Assembly (NCBI GenBank): GCA_043827025.1 | Contig: JBDRPL010000026.1 | Span: 1 to 45,594, forward strand | DNA: 45,594 nt | From: Candidatus Micrarchaeota archaeon | GTDB lineage: Archaea; Micrarchaeota; Micrarchaeia; Anstonellales; Bilamarchaeaceae | Direction: 5' to 3' | Shown: in pieces, positions 35,821 to 45,507 of the stretch | How the letters are laid out: every line of letters starts with the position of its first letter | Position numbering within the stretch: the first letter of the stretch is position 1 | Notes under the pieces: generated by a model | The model's database searches: none | What the model saw: the letters and a program-made list of their open reading frames with translations, nothing else | What the model was told of the DNA's origin: nothing | Program-made: the position numbers and the translations under genes

Positions 35821-37323
35821 ATGCATAAACACTGGTCAGAACAATTGGCAGACAAGGTAATCGCGGAAAAAAAGGAACCTTATGTTGTTTCATCAGGGAT
35901 GACTACAAGCGGACCGGCGCATTTTGGAACCGTATGTGAATTTCTCTTCCCCTATGTAATTGGAAAGACTATAGAAAAGAAAGGGAAGAAAGTCAAAATA
36001 TTGATGGTCGGGGATATATTGGATGCCTTTGACAGGATACCCGCCCCTATGATGAAATACGAGCAACAACTCACACCACACCTTGGAAAACCTTTGTGCT
36101 ATGTGCCTGACCCGACTGGCAAAAGCAAAAGCTTTGGAGAATATTTCCTTGATGAGGTCAAAGAACTCATGAAAAAGCTGAACGTGCATATGGAAGTCCT
36201 GACTGCAAACGAATTGTATGAAAGCGGAAAGTTCGATGAATGGGCAAGATTTTATCTTGAGAATGAAACCAAGGCAAAGGAAATAATCGAAAGGACTAGC
36301 GGGAGGAAACTGCCCAAGGATTTTTCAGTGCTGATGCCCATCTGCGAGAAATGCGGAAAAATCGCAACCACAAGAGTCACATCCCACGATAACGAAGGCT
36401 ATGAATATGTATGCGACAAGGACGTCGAATATACGAAAGGCTGCGGATACAGGGGAAAAAACAAATTGACAGACCATAAATACAAGATAATGTGGAGGCT
36501 GCACTGGCCTGCATGGAAACAAATTTTACATTCATCGATTGAAGGCGCAGGCGTAGATCATCACACAAAAGGGGGGAGTGAGGACACATGCTGTGTAATC
36601 ACAAAAGAGCTTATACAGAAAGACTATCACATCCCTTACAAATATGGATTCATATTAATGGAAGGCAAGAAGTATTCCAAATCAAAAGGCCTGGGCATGG
36701 GCGTGACTGAACTACTAACATTCATTCCTCCTGAAATATTAAAATACGCATTGTTGAAACCCGATCTTGAGGAAAACATAGATATCAATCCAACTGCACA
36801 GAACCTACTTTTGCTTATAGATGATTTTGAAAAGATAGCCTCGAAAGAGCTAAAGGAAGGTGAAGAATCGTCAAGGGCAGATGAGAAAAAGAAGGCTGCG
36901 TACGAACTCTCTGCATCGCAAAGGAATTGGACCGCTCCATTCTTGGACATGATACTCTACTATCAAATTTATGGTCCAGAAGGGGCTTCAAAGGTCCTTG
37001 AAGACAAGAAAGGGCTCTTGTATATGAAACCATATGTGCAGAAATGGATCGATGCTGATTTCGTTCCTGAAGAATACAAATTCAAATACCAGCCGAAGAA
37101 AGCAGATGGAAAGGTGCGCGAATTCGCTGAATCACTAAAGAAAGAGATGGATGCCACTGCAATACATAATGCAGTGTTCGAGTTCGCAAAATCAAATGGA
37201 ATGGAACCAAAGGATTTGTTCAAAATGATTTACCAATGCCTCATTGGAAAAGAAAAGGGGCCAAGGCTGGGAAAGCTGATCCATGCAATAGGCGTAGAAA
37301 GGATAAAGAAAGATGTATTATGA
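35821..37323 (+). CDS. lysS: Lysyl-tRNA synthetase, class I
   Basis: HW start, SGPAHFG, CEKCG, KYSKSKG, GPRLG. Confidence 0.96.
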   Translation: MHKHWSEQLADKVIAEKKEPYVVSSGMTTSGPAHFGTVCEFLFPYVIGKTIEKKGKKVKILMVGDILDAFDRIPAPMMKYEQQLTPHLGKPLCYVPDPTGKSKSFGEYFLDEVKELMKKLNVHMEVLTANELYESGKFDEWARFYLENETKAKEIIERTSGRKLPKDFSVLMPICEKCGKIATTRVTSHDNEGYEYVCDKDVEYTKGCGYRGKNKLTDHKYKIMWRLHWPAWKQILHSSIEGAGVDHHTKGGSEDTCCVITKELIQKDYHIPYKYGFILMEGKKYSKSKGLGMGVTELLTFIPPEILKYALLKPDLEENIDINPTAQNLLLLIDDFEKIASKELKEGEESSRADEKKKAAYELSASQRNWTAPFLDMILYYQIYGPEGASKVLEDKKGLLYMKPYVQKWIDADFVPEEYKFKYQPKKADGKVREFAESLKKEMDATAIHNAVFEFAKSNGMEPKDLFKMIYQCLIGKEKGPRLGKLIHAIGVERIKKDVL

Positions 37324-37871
37324 CGCCATCAACAAGAATTACAAGAATATACATCTACCCAACCGACACTCTTTATGGGATTGGCGGGATTGCGCTTGAT
37401 GAAACAGTTGTTAGGGATATTCACAAGATAAAAGGCTCTGATTCCACCAAACCGATGTCTGTAATCATGGCAGACCTGGAAATGATAAAACAGTGGTGCG
37501 ACATTGATGAACAACAGGAAAGAATACTGAAAAAATATTTGCCTGGACCGTACACATTCATATTAAGAATGAAGGGGGGAAAGGGCAGAAACATTCCATG
37601 TGGAAAGGATGGCAAAATCGGAGTCAGGATCCCGAAGGATACTGAGATAGTCCACATCTGCAAAGAGATAAATGCGCCGATAATAACAACAAGTGCAAAT
37701 TTCCATGGCCAGGAACCCCCAAAAAGATTCGAAGATATACCAAAGGGAATATTGGAAAAGGCAGACCGGATCATAAGGGAAGATCGAGGGGTATCTGGCG
37801 AACCTTCAACAGTGGTTGACCTGGTTGACAAAAAGATAATAAGAAAAGGAAAAGGAGGCTTCAGATTCTGA
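37320..37871 (+). CDS. tsaC: Threonylcarbamoyl-AMP synthase (YrdC domain only)
   Basis: YPTDTLYG, PGPYT, TTSAN, PSTVVD; ATGA overlap with the lysS stop. Confidence 0.92.
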   Translation: MTPSTRITRIYIYPTDTLYGIGGIALDETVVRDIHKIKGSDSTKPMSVIMADLEMIKQWCDIDEQQERILKKYLPGPYTFILRMKGGKGRNIPCGKDGKIGVRIPKDTEIVHICKEINAPIITTSANFHGQEPPKRFEDIPKGILEKADRIIREDRGVSGEPSTVVDLVDKKIIRKGKGGFRF

Positions 37872-37925
37872 GAAGAGTCAGGAAAATATATAAATGTACT
37901 CTGGTTATTCCAATTGGTGTAAAAT

Positions 37926-38201
37926 ATGGTTGAAATTCATAGGACAATAAAATGCTCTAATTGCAGCAAAGACCTTAATCTAAGCATAAATACAGAAGTT
38001 GGGGTTACTGAATTGGTGTTCCATGGAAAATGCAGTTATTGCGGAAATTCACTCCAATTGAATTTCTCTGTTATAGGAAGCGATGACAAAAACAGTTCAT
38101 CTTCGTCAAGCAGCACAGATGACATAGCTCCAGTAAGCATTGATGATCATTTGTTTGAGCCTGAATTCCCAAGCGATGCGATAAAGGACCTGATTGACTG
38201 A
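37926..38201 (+). CDS. Small zinc-ribbon protein with an acidic tail
   Basis: CSNC and CSYC pairs; TATA and GGTG upstream. Confidence 0.75.
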   Translation: MVEIHRTIKCSNCSKDLNLSINTEVGVTELVFHGKCSYCGNSLQLNFSVIGSDDKNSSSSSSSTDDIAPVSIDDHLFEPEFPSDAIKDLID

Positions 38202-38204
38202 AAA

Positions 38205-38969
38205 TCAGAGCTTGAGAAGGTCATTTATATTATTTAGGATTGAATCGGGCTTGAATGCCCCTATGTCTTTTTCTTTTGAAACTCCAGTAAGCACCAAAGC
38301 GGATTTTATATTTGCATGTTTTGCAGTCAGAATATCCGTGTCGTATCTATCACCCACGATGACAATGCCCTTTCTGTCAAGCCCATGGTCAGCCACTATG
38401 ATGTCAATGCATTCCTTGCTTGGTTTTCCTAAGATTAGGGATTTCTTGCCAGTAGATGCTTCAAGAAATGCCACAAGTGCTCCAGAACCTGGCATCATAC
38501 CTTCTTCAGTAGGATAAGTCAAATCATAATTAGTTGATATGAACCTTGCGCCATTGTATATAAGGCTAAAGGCCTTTGCAAGTATGTCATAGGTGACTTT
38601 CCTGTGAAGCCCTACTGCTACAATAGTCGCACCTTCGCCATCTTCAGATATCTTGATGCCTTTTTCAATCAATTCGTCTTGTATCCCTCCTTCTGATACG
38701 CAAAAAACAGTTTCATTGGGGTGATTTTTCGATATGTATTCTGCAAGCAAGAAAGAGGTTGGATAAAGTTCTTCCAACTTCGCGTGCACACCCATATTTG
38801 CCATTTTCTCCAGGAGGGACTTACGGGATCGTGTAGAGCAGTTGGTTAGGAAAAAAACATTCTTGCCATTCTTGCGCAGTTGTTCGATGGTTTTGTCCGC
38901 TCCTGAAATAAGGGTTTTGCCCCTGTAGACTGTACCATCTAAATCAAAGATAAATGTTTGGAAAGACAT
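38205..38969 (-). CDS. HAD-IIA (NagD-like) phosphatase
   Basis: FDLDGT, LTN, GKP, VGDRYDTD. Confidence 0.93.
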   Translation of the reverse strand: MSFQTFIFDLDGTVYRGKTLISGADKTIEQLRKNGKNVFFLTNCSTRSRKSLLEKMANMGVHAKLEELYPTSFLLAEYISKNHPNETVFCVSEGGIQDELIEKGIKISEDGEGATIVAVGLHRKVTYDILAKAFSLIYNGARFISTNYDLTYPTEEGMMPGSGALVAFLEASTGKKSLILGKPSKECIDIIVADHGLDRKGIVIVGDRYDTDILTAKHANIKSALVLTGVSKEKDIGAFKPDSILNNINDLLKL

Positions 38970-39001
38970 ATGTTTAAATTAGTTCGAAAACAAATTAAAG
39001 C

Positions 39002-39628
39002 ATGAAGGTTGCTTGCTTGTTTTCTGGTGGTAAAGACAGTTGTTTCGCACTGTTTTGGGCAATAACCCAGGGATTCAAACCAGTTCTGACCACCGTAAAG
39101 GCCGAGGAATATTCTACAATGTTTCACCACCCTAACATTGAAGCCACGAAACTTCAGGCAAAGGCCATTGGCCTAAGGCAGATTTTCGTAAAAACGGATG
39201 AGAAGAAATGGCATGATGATCTAAAGGCGGCAATAAAGAAAGAGAAGTGTGAGGGGATAGTAAACGGAGCAATTGCAAGTGAATACCAAAGAAGAAGGAT
39301 CGAGAAAATTGGGGAAGAACTGGGAATACCTACTTATGCGCCACTATGGCACAAGGAAGAAACGCTTGCCAAAGAACTTGAAAACATGGAAGCCTATGTT
39401 GTTGCAGTTTCAGCAGAAGGCCTTGGAAAGGAATTGCTTGGAAAACCATTGAAAGAACTGATGGATAAAAAGGTGAAGGGCATCCACCCATTGCTTGAAG
39501 GCGGAGAAGGCGAGACATTCGTTGCAAACGCGCCATTCTTCAAGAAAAGAATAGTCATCAAGGAATGGGACATCAAATGGGATGGTGTGAGGGGCGTTGC
39601 AGAGATAAAGAAGGCAGAGCTGGTCTAA
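39002..39628 (+). CDS. dph6: Diphthine--ammonia ligase
   Basis: SGGKDS PP-loop, GAIASEYQ, EGGEGET. Confidence 0.9.
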   Translation: MKVACLFSGGKDSCFALFWAITQGFKPVLTTVKAEEYSTMFHHPNIEATKLQAKAIGLRQIFVKTDEKKWHDDLKAAIKKEKCEGIVNGAIASEYQRRRIEKIGEELGIPTYAPLWHKEETLAKELENMEAYVVAVSAEGLGKELLGKPLKELMDKKVKGIHPLLEGGEGETFVANAPFFKKRIVIKEWDIKWDGVRGVAEIKKAELV

Positions 39629-39672
39629 TAGATAAGATAGCTTTAATAAGATTAATAATCATTGTTTTCCTC

Positions 39673-40128
39673 ATGACAGAACTGCTTGGCTCATTTACTT
39701 TTTTCGTGAAGCGAGTTATGGCTGCCGCAAAGAAAGGCGGTTTGAAAAACGATGATTGCGGAACACTGTCAAGGCTTCTCACAAGGACAAGAAAAAAGAA
39801 CCTCATTCTCGCAAGAGGAATGTTATCCGCACTCTCCATTGGAGGCGCAACTGACAAGGATGTCCAGAGGTTCGGCAATCTGCTTGAAAAAGCGCATCAA
39901 AGGATAACTGCAGACAAAGAGCCTTTCAGCAAAAACGAGAAGGATGAGATAGGTGAGATATTCAAAAAAGCATATGTTTCTGAAAAAGCTGCAAAATGGT
40001 TCGCATACAATCTTGACGAACTGGTTGCCAATGAAATAGAAGATTTCATAAAAGGAAGGCAAATAGTGGCTTCAAAGAAAACAGTAAGATTCGAAACTGC
40101 AAAGGACCAAAAGAAGATCACTGTCTAG
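39673..40128 (+). CDS. Helical hypothetical protein
   Basis: ORF between dph6 and the next gene; start set at ATG 39673 to avoid overlap. Confidence 0.6.
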   Translation: MTELLGSFTFFVKRVMAAAKKGGLKNDDCGTLSRLLTRTRKKNLILARGMLSALSIGGATDKDVQRFGNLLEKAHQRITADKEPFSKNEKDEIGEIFKKAYVSEKAAKWFAYNLDELVANEIEDFIKGRQIVASKKTVRFETAKDQKKITV

Positions 40129-40138
40129 GTAGATCACT

Positions 40139-40714
40139 ATGAAAATAAAACTAAGCCCAGAAATAGCGTATTTGATAGGCTTCTGGAGAAAAAGAAGGCT
40201 ATACGATGGGCTTGGAGTCGTAGGCGGTCCGGAAATGCAGGAAATATTTGTAAAAGGCGCCATAGACAACTGCCTTACTACTCCTGAAAAGATGATAAGC
40301 AATGAAAAAGGATTACTTTTCCATCACAGCGCATATAAGCGATTTTTCTTCGAAATAGAACAGGACCAGCTTGAAAGATTCAAGTATCTCAATGAATACG
40401 CTGCAAACTATCTTGCAGGCACTTTTGATTCAGTTGGAGAAATCGATGACAAAGGCAGGGTATTTCTGATGAAAACGAATCATCAGGATGAAATGCTCCT
40501 CATTAGATTGGGGTTCGGAGCAATAAGAAAAAAAGATATTCTGCTTATTGGAAAGCCTGTTGCATTTTTGACATTTATAAAGAATTACGTAAAGAAATAC
40601 AAGGATCACAAGGTTTTTGAATATCTGAAGGATAAGGCCAAGAAAGGCAAACAAAAAGAAAAGGATTGCAAGGTTGCAGAAGCCTGCATCCAAAAACAAG
40701 CTACTAATTTATAA
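40139..40714 (+). CDS. Degenerate two-motif LAGLIDADG-like protein
   Basis: LSPEIAYLIGFW and NYLAGTFDSVGEI helices about 80 aa apart. Confidence 0.65.
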   Translation: MKIKLSPEIAYLIGFWRKRRLYDGLGVVGGPEMQEIFVKGAIDNCLTTPEKMISNEKGLLFHHSAYKRFFFEIEQDQLERFKYLNEYAANYLAGTFDSVGEIDDKGRVFLMKTNHQDEMLLIRLGFGAIRKKDILLIGKPVAFLTFIKNYVKKYKDHKVFEYLKDKAKKGKQKEKDCKVAEACIQKQATNL

Positions 40715-40865
40715 AATCTACCACACAGATTGGTAAGTAGGAACAAAACCTTTTTTTTACGAACCTAATTTTACATTCCGATTATTGACGAATTTTTTTA
40801 GGATAGCAACTAGCTTTTTAGAACTTCTGCTAGACAATATGTGCAACATATTAGGAGGTAATCTC

Positions 40866-41894
40866 ATGCTATCCATATGGAAGACCAAGCCAGAAAAAGG
40901 GCTGGAAATCAAAGATACAGAAATACCAAAGATAAATGATGACGAAGTACTGGTGAAAGTAAAGGCAACTTCAATATGCGGAACAGACCGCCACATATAC
41001 AATTGGGATTCCTGGGCACAGAAAAGAATTGCAAAAAATATCCCGTACGTATTTGGCCATGAAGTAAGCGGTGAAATCGCAGAAATGGGCCGCAACGCTA
41101 AAGGGCTTGCAATTGGAGACCACGTCTCAGCAGAAACACATATTGCATGCGGCTATTGTTACCAGTGTAGAGTAGGGAACGAATATATATGCGAGAACGT
41201 GAAGATACTTGGAGTAGACACCCATGGCACATTTGCAGAATATGTCAAGATACCTTACAAAAACGCATGGAAGAATGATAAGCATATACCACACCATGTA
41301 GCAACTGCACAGGAACCTCTTGGAAATGCAGTGCATACTGTTTTTGATGGTGAAGTCGCAGGAAAGAATATAATGATATTCGGGGACGGGCCAATAGGCA
41401 TTTGCGCCGTAGCATTATGCAAGGTAGCTGGTGCAGAAAGTATTTCTATAGTAGGCATGAATGACAAGCGCCTGAAACTTGCAAAGGAATTCGGTGCTGA
41501 TGACACCATTTATGCAAAGACCGAGGATCCTGTGAAGAGGCTGAAGGAGTTGTATCCTCATGGAGCAGATGTTTTCCTTGAAATGAGCGGAAATGAACAA
41601 GCTTTGCACAACGGGTTCGAATGCCTGAGGGCAGGGGGAAGGGCGAGCATACTTGGAGTTTTCAAGGACGACGTGAAGATAAACATGAATAGTATAGTAT
41701 TCGGCGCATTCCGAGTGCATGGAATAAATGGAAGGAAAATGTATGACACGTGGTACAAGTCAGCCTCGTTCCTGCGAACAGGAAAAATAAACCTGGAAAA
41801 AATCGTGACGCACCGTTTTAAATTGAAGGAAATAGAAAAAGGATTTGAAACACTGAATGACAGAAACGGAATAAAAATAGTCTTGGAACCGTAA
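40866..41894 (+). CDS. tdh: L-threonine 3-dehydrogenase
   Basis: ICGTDRHIY, GHE, SAETHIACGYCYQC, QEPLGNAVHT, GINGRKMYDTW; GGAGGT RBS. Confidence 0.95.
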   Translation: MLSIWKTKPEKGLEIKDTEIPKINDDEVLVKVKATSICGTDRHIYNWDSWAQKRIAKNIPYVFGHEVSGEIAEMGRNAKGLAIGDHVSAETHIACGYCYQCRVGNEYICENVKILGVDTHGTFAEYVKIPYKNAWKNDKHIPHHVATAQEPLGNAVHTVFDGEVAGKNIMIFGDGPIGICAVALCKVAGAESISIVGMNDKRLKLAKEFGADDTIYAKTEDPVKRLKELYPHGADVFLEMSGNEQALHNGFECLRAGGRASILGVFKDDVKINMNSIVFGAFRVHGINGRKMYDTWYKSASFLRTGKINLEKIVTHRFKLKEIEKGFETLNDRNGIKIVLEP

Positions 41895-41906
41895 TAATAG
41901 GTGAAA

Positions 41907-43091
41907 ATGATGAATCAACAACTAAAGAAAGATCTTGAAGAAGAACTGAAAGTGCTTGAGGAGAAGAATTTACTCTGGAATCCCAAGCCCTTGAATGGGC
42001 CTTCTGAAGCCAAATCAATAGTAGCAGGGAAGAAAGTGATAATGCTCTGCTCTAATAATTATCTTGGGCTTACAAACAATCCAATGCTCAAGGAAGCTGC
42101 AATCAAAGCTCTGGAAAAATACGGGGTCGGGTCAGGTTCAGTTAGAGCAATCGCAGGAACCATGGACCTTCATCTGGAGTTAGAAAAAACAATTGCCAAA
42201 TTCAAGGGAACTGAGGATGCGCTTTATTATAATACAGGTTTCACTGCAAACAGCGGGGCGATTCCTGCACTTCTTAGGGAAGGAGACACTGTAATATCAG
42301 ATGAGTTGAACCATGGTAGCATCATTGATGGTGTCAGATTAACAAAGGCCACCCGATCGATTTACAAGCATAAGGACATGTGCGAACTTGAGAAGAGGTT
42401 ACAGGAAGCCAAAGGCGCGAAAAGAATAATGATAATCACTGACGGAGTCTTTTCAATGGACGGAGACATTGCCCCATTGGACAAGATTGTTAAATTGGCA
42501 CAGCAATACAATGCAATTGTTTATGTTGATGATGCGCATGGCGACGGAGTGCTTGGTGAAAAGGGAAAAGGAATAGTTGATCACTTCCATGTTCACGGAA
42601 AAGTAGATATGGACATGGGAACCTTTTCAAAAGGATTCGGGACCATGGGTGGATACGTTGCAGGCGACCACACATTAAAGAAATATCTGCTCAACAAATC
42701 AAGGACATGGCTGCTTACAGGCTCACATGCTCCTGCAGTAGTTGCAGCAAGCATAGCAGCACTCAACCTGCTTCAATCAGATGACAAACTTGTCAAAAAG
42801 TTATGGGAGAATCGAGATTACTATAAGAAACAGCTCGAATCACTTGGATTTGACTGCGGATTCTCCGAAACGCCGATTGTGCCCATAATGACATATGATG
42901 CAAAGAAGGCAAGTGAGATGAGCAAGAGATTATATGATGAAGGTGTTTATGCATTGCCTATAGTGTATCCTATGGTTGCCCAGGACAAGGCAAGGATAAG
43001 AAGCATGATAAGGGCCGACCTATCAAAAGAAGATCTTGACTTTGCTATTGATAAGATTGCAAAGGTTGGAAAGGAATTGAAAATAATATGA
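41907..43091 (+). CDS. kbl: 2-amino-3-ketobutyrate CoA ligase (glycine C-acetyltransferase)
   Basis: CSNNYLGL, SDELNHGSIIDG, DDAH, PLP-Lys motif GTFSKGFG; follows tdh. Confidence 0.9.
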   Translation: MMNQQLKKDLEEELKVLEEKNLLWNPKPLNGPSEAKSIVAGKKVIMLCSNNYLGLTNNPMLKEAAIKALEKYGVGSGSVRAIAGTMDLHLELEKTIAKFKGTEDALYYNTGFTANSGAIPALLREGDTVISDELNHGSIIDGVRLTKATRSIYKHKDMCELEKRLQEAKGAKRIMIITDGVFSMDGDIAPLDKIVKLAQQYNAIVYVDDAHGDGVLGEKGKGIVDHFHVHGKVDMDMGTFSKGFGTMGGYVAGDHTLKKYLLNKSRTWLLTGSHAPAVVAASIAALNLLQSDDKLVKKLWENRDYYKKQLESLGFDCGFSETPIVPIMTYDAKKASEMSKRLYDEGVYALPIVYPMVAQDKARIRSMIRADLSKEDLDFAIDKIAKVGKELKII

Positions 43092-43140
43092 AAAATGATG
43101 CTAAACAAATGAATTTGATGTTTATTTGGAGGTTATGAAA

Positions 43141-45459
43141 ATGAGATTAATGACAATACATGCTGATTTCATGGAAGTCAATCCTATGAAACAAGCAATA
43201 AAGGATGCTGAAAAATGCAGTCTAGAAACCAAGAGGTACAATGAACTGCTGGTAGTGTTCATGTCTGTAGAAGCAGGAGATGATGATGTTGCAAAGATAT
43301 CTGAAAAGACAGTGGGCGAAATAGAAAAGGTTTCTGAACAAGTAAAGACAAAGAAACTGCTGCTTTATCCTCTGGTTCACCTGACTTCCAAACCTTCTGC
43401 GCCAAAAGTTGCGCTTGAGGTATTGCTGAAATGCGAAAAGGAATTGAAAGCAAAGGGCTATGACGTGGATCATTCGCCTTTCGGCTGGTACAAGGGCTAC
43501 ACATTGAAATGCAAAGGCCATCCCCTTTCTGAATTGTCAAGGGAATTGACATTATCAGGAGACGTTGACCTTAACGTAGAAAAAACAAAGAAGGCAGCTC
43601 TTGAAACCGCTGCTCACCTGCTATATGACATTGCAAGAAAAGAGCTGAAAAAAGAATTTGTAGGAGTGTCTGGAAATGACAACGGAGTTTTCTATTCGAA
43701 CTGGTGGAGCATGAAAAACCTCAAGGATGAAGAAGTCCATAGGATAGTGAATGAGGCAAACAAGCTGGTTGAAAAGGGCGCGGAAATCAAAATAGAATTC
43801 ACCACAAGGGAAGATGCAATAAAACAATGCGGAAGCGAATATGAAAAGACCTTACCAAAGAAAGCAGAGAAAATCAGATTGGTCAGGATTGGCGATCTGC
43901 CTCCTGAGCCGTGCAAGAATGCCCATCTTCCAAACATAAATCTCATAAAGAAGATAAAGGTTCTTGGAATAGAAAGAACTGAGGCTGATCTCAAAGTCAA
44001 ATTCTCCATAGACTTATCTACAGAAATGGAAGGTAGTGAGATATCTGAGAGTTTGAAGAAAGAAGCTGCGCAGAAGAGCCATCTCCACATACTTGATTTG
44101 GATGGAAAATTGCATGATATAGACACATTCAACTTCGGCCATAATGAAAACCTGAAGAAATTCGCAACATATGAAACAAAGAAAGTCAGGGCATATGAGA
44201 AAGAGCCTGTGCACATAAAGATAATGAAGGAACAGGACCTTGTGGACTATGAACCAGGAAGCGATTCTGGAAACTTCAGATTCATGCCAAAGGGAAAACT
44301 GGTGAAGGGATTGCTTGAAGACGCAATAACAGAAGTATGCGTTCGTGACGGTGCAATGGAAGTAGAAACGCCGATCATGTATGATTTCGAGCATCCTGCA
44401 CTCAAAAAATATTTGAACAGGTTCCCTGCAAGGCAGTACAAGGTCATAAGCGAAGACAAACCATTGTTCCTGAGGTTCGCAGCCTGCTTCGGCCAGTTCC
44501 TTATGGCACATGACATGGCCCTAACCTACAAACTGCTTCCCATGAAGATGTTTGAACTTACAAGATACAGCTTCAGAAGGGAGCAAAGTGGAGAGCTTGC
44601 TGGATTAAAGAGATTAAGGGCATTCACAATGCCTGATATGCATACATTTGCAAAGGATTTCGACCAGGCAAAGAAAGAATTCGAACACCAGTATGATTTG
44701 AGCCTTGAATGGATGAAGGGGCTTGGCCTTGAAAGCGAAGTGGGTTTCAGGGTGCAGGAAGATTTCTTCAATGAGAACAAGGATTGGTATGTGAGAATGG
44801 TGAACAAGGCTGGCAAGCCGATATTAATAGAGCTGTTCAAGGAAAGATATGCTTACTTTGTAACAAAATTTGAATTCAACTTTGTTGATGAAGCTGACAA
44901 GGCAAGCGCTCTTAGTACAGTACAGATAGATGTGGAGAATTGCGAAACTTATGATATCAGATATGTAGACGAAGACGGAACCAAGAAAGGGCCGTTGATA
45001 TTACATGCTTCGATAAGTGGAAGCCTGGAACGTGTCATGTATGCATTGCTTGAAAAACAGGCAATGGAAATGAAAAAAGGCCACAAGGCAATGCTTCCGA
45101 TATGGCTTGCGCCTACTCAGGTGAGGGTAATCCCTGTTAGCCAAAAGCAAGATGAGTTCTGCAGGAAATTGCTTGAGAAATTCGAGGGAAAATGCGTGAG
45201 AGTGGATCTTGACGACAAGGATGAGACGCTTGGAAAGAAGATCCGCGGTGCTGAAATGGAATGGGTTCCATTCATAGTAGTCGTAGGTGAAAAGGAGATC
45301 GCTGAGAACAAATTCGCAGTTACAGTGAGGAAAACAGGCGCTAAGGGGATGTGGGCCCTTGAGCAGATCATCGAACATGTCGAAAAGGAAAATCAAGGAA
45401 AACCTTTCAGGAAACTTTCTTTGCCTGACGAGCTGAGCAAGAGGCCTAAGTTCAGATGA
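43141..45459 (+). CDS. thrS: Threonyl-tRNA synthetase, archaeal type, with an inserted extra domain
   Basis: N-terminal editing domain (YPLVHL, PFGWYK...CKGHPLSE), LRFAACFG, FRREQSGEL, MPDMH, C-terminal anticodon-binding domain. Confidence 0.96.
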   Translation: MRLMTIHADFMEVNPMKQAIKDAEKCSLETKRYNELLVVFMSVEAGDDDVAKISEKTVGEIEKVSEQVKTKKLLLYPLVHLTSKPSAPKVALEVLLKCEKELKAKGYDVDHSPFGWYKGYTLKCKGHPLSELSRELTLSGDVDLNVEKTKKAALETAAHLLYDIARKELKKEFVGVSGNDNGVFYSNWWSMKNLKDEEVHRIVNEANKLVEKGAEIKIEFTTREDAIKQCGSEYEKTLPKKAEKIRLVRIGDLPPEPCKNAHLPNINLIKKIKVLGIERTEADLKVKFSIDLSTEMEGSEISESLKKEAAQKSHLHILDLDGKLHDIDTFNFGHNENLKKFATYETKKVRAYEKEPVHIKIMKEQDLVDYEPGSDSGNFRFMPKGKLVKGLLEDAITEVCVRDGAMEVETPIMYDFEHPALKKYLNRFPARQYKVISEDKPLFLRFAACFGQFLMAHDMALTYKLLPMKMFELTRYSFRREQSGELAGLKRLRAFTMPDMHTFAKDFDQAKKEFEHQYDLSLEWMKGLGLESEVGFRVQEDFFNENKDWYVRMVNKAGKPILIELFKERYAYFVTKFEFNFVDEADKASALSTVQIDVENCETYDIRYVDEDGTKKGPLILHASISGSLERVMYALLEKQAMEMKKGHKAMLPIWLAPTQVRVIPVSQKQDEFCRKLLEKFEGKCVRVDLDDKDETLGKKIRGAEMEWVPFIVVVGEKEIAENKFAVTVRKTGAKGMWALEQIIEHVEKENQGKPFRKLSLPDELSKRPKFR

Positions 45460-45469
45460 TTTGTCTTTG

Positions 45470-45507
45470 AATTTTCTTATTTTTTTTCTTCTTTTTTTGT
45501 ATTTTCT
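45470..45507 (+). terminator. Oligo-T archaeal terminator after thrS
   Basis: Successive T-runs downstream of the stop. Confidence 0.5.

Noticed and set aside
40139..40714. Active homing endonuclease or mobile intron
   Set aside because: Catalytic acidic residues are absent and no host gene is interrupted
43580..44010. Intein in thrS
   Set aside because: No Cys/Ser start or His-Asn end motif; the insert carries editing-domain motifs instead
449..45396. Many 60-180 aa ORFs antisense to or overlapping the called genes
   Set aside because: Shadow frames of well-supported genes, without motifs or RBS
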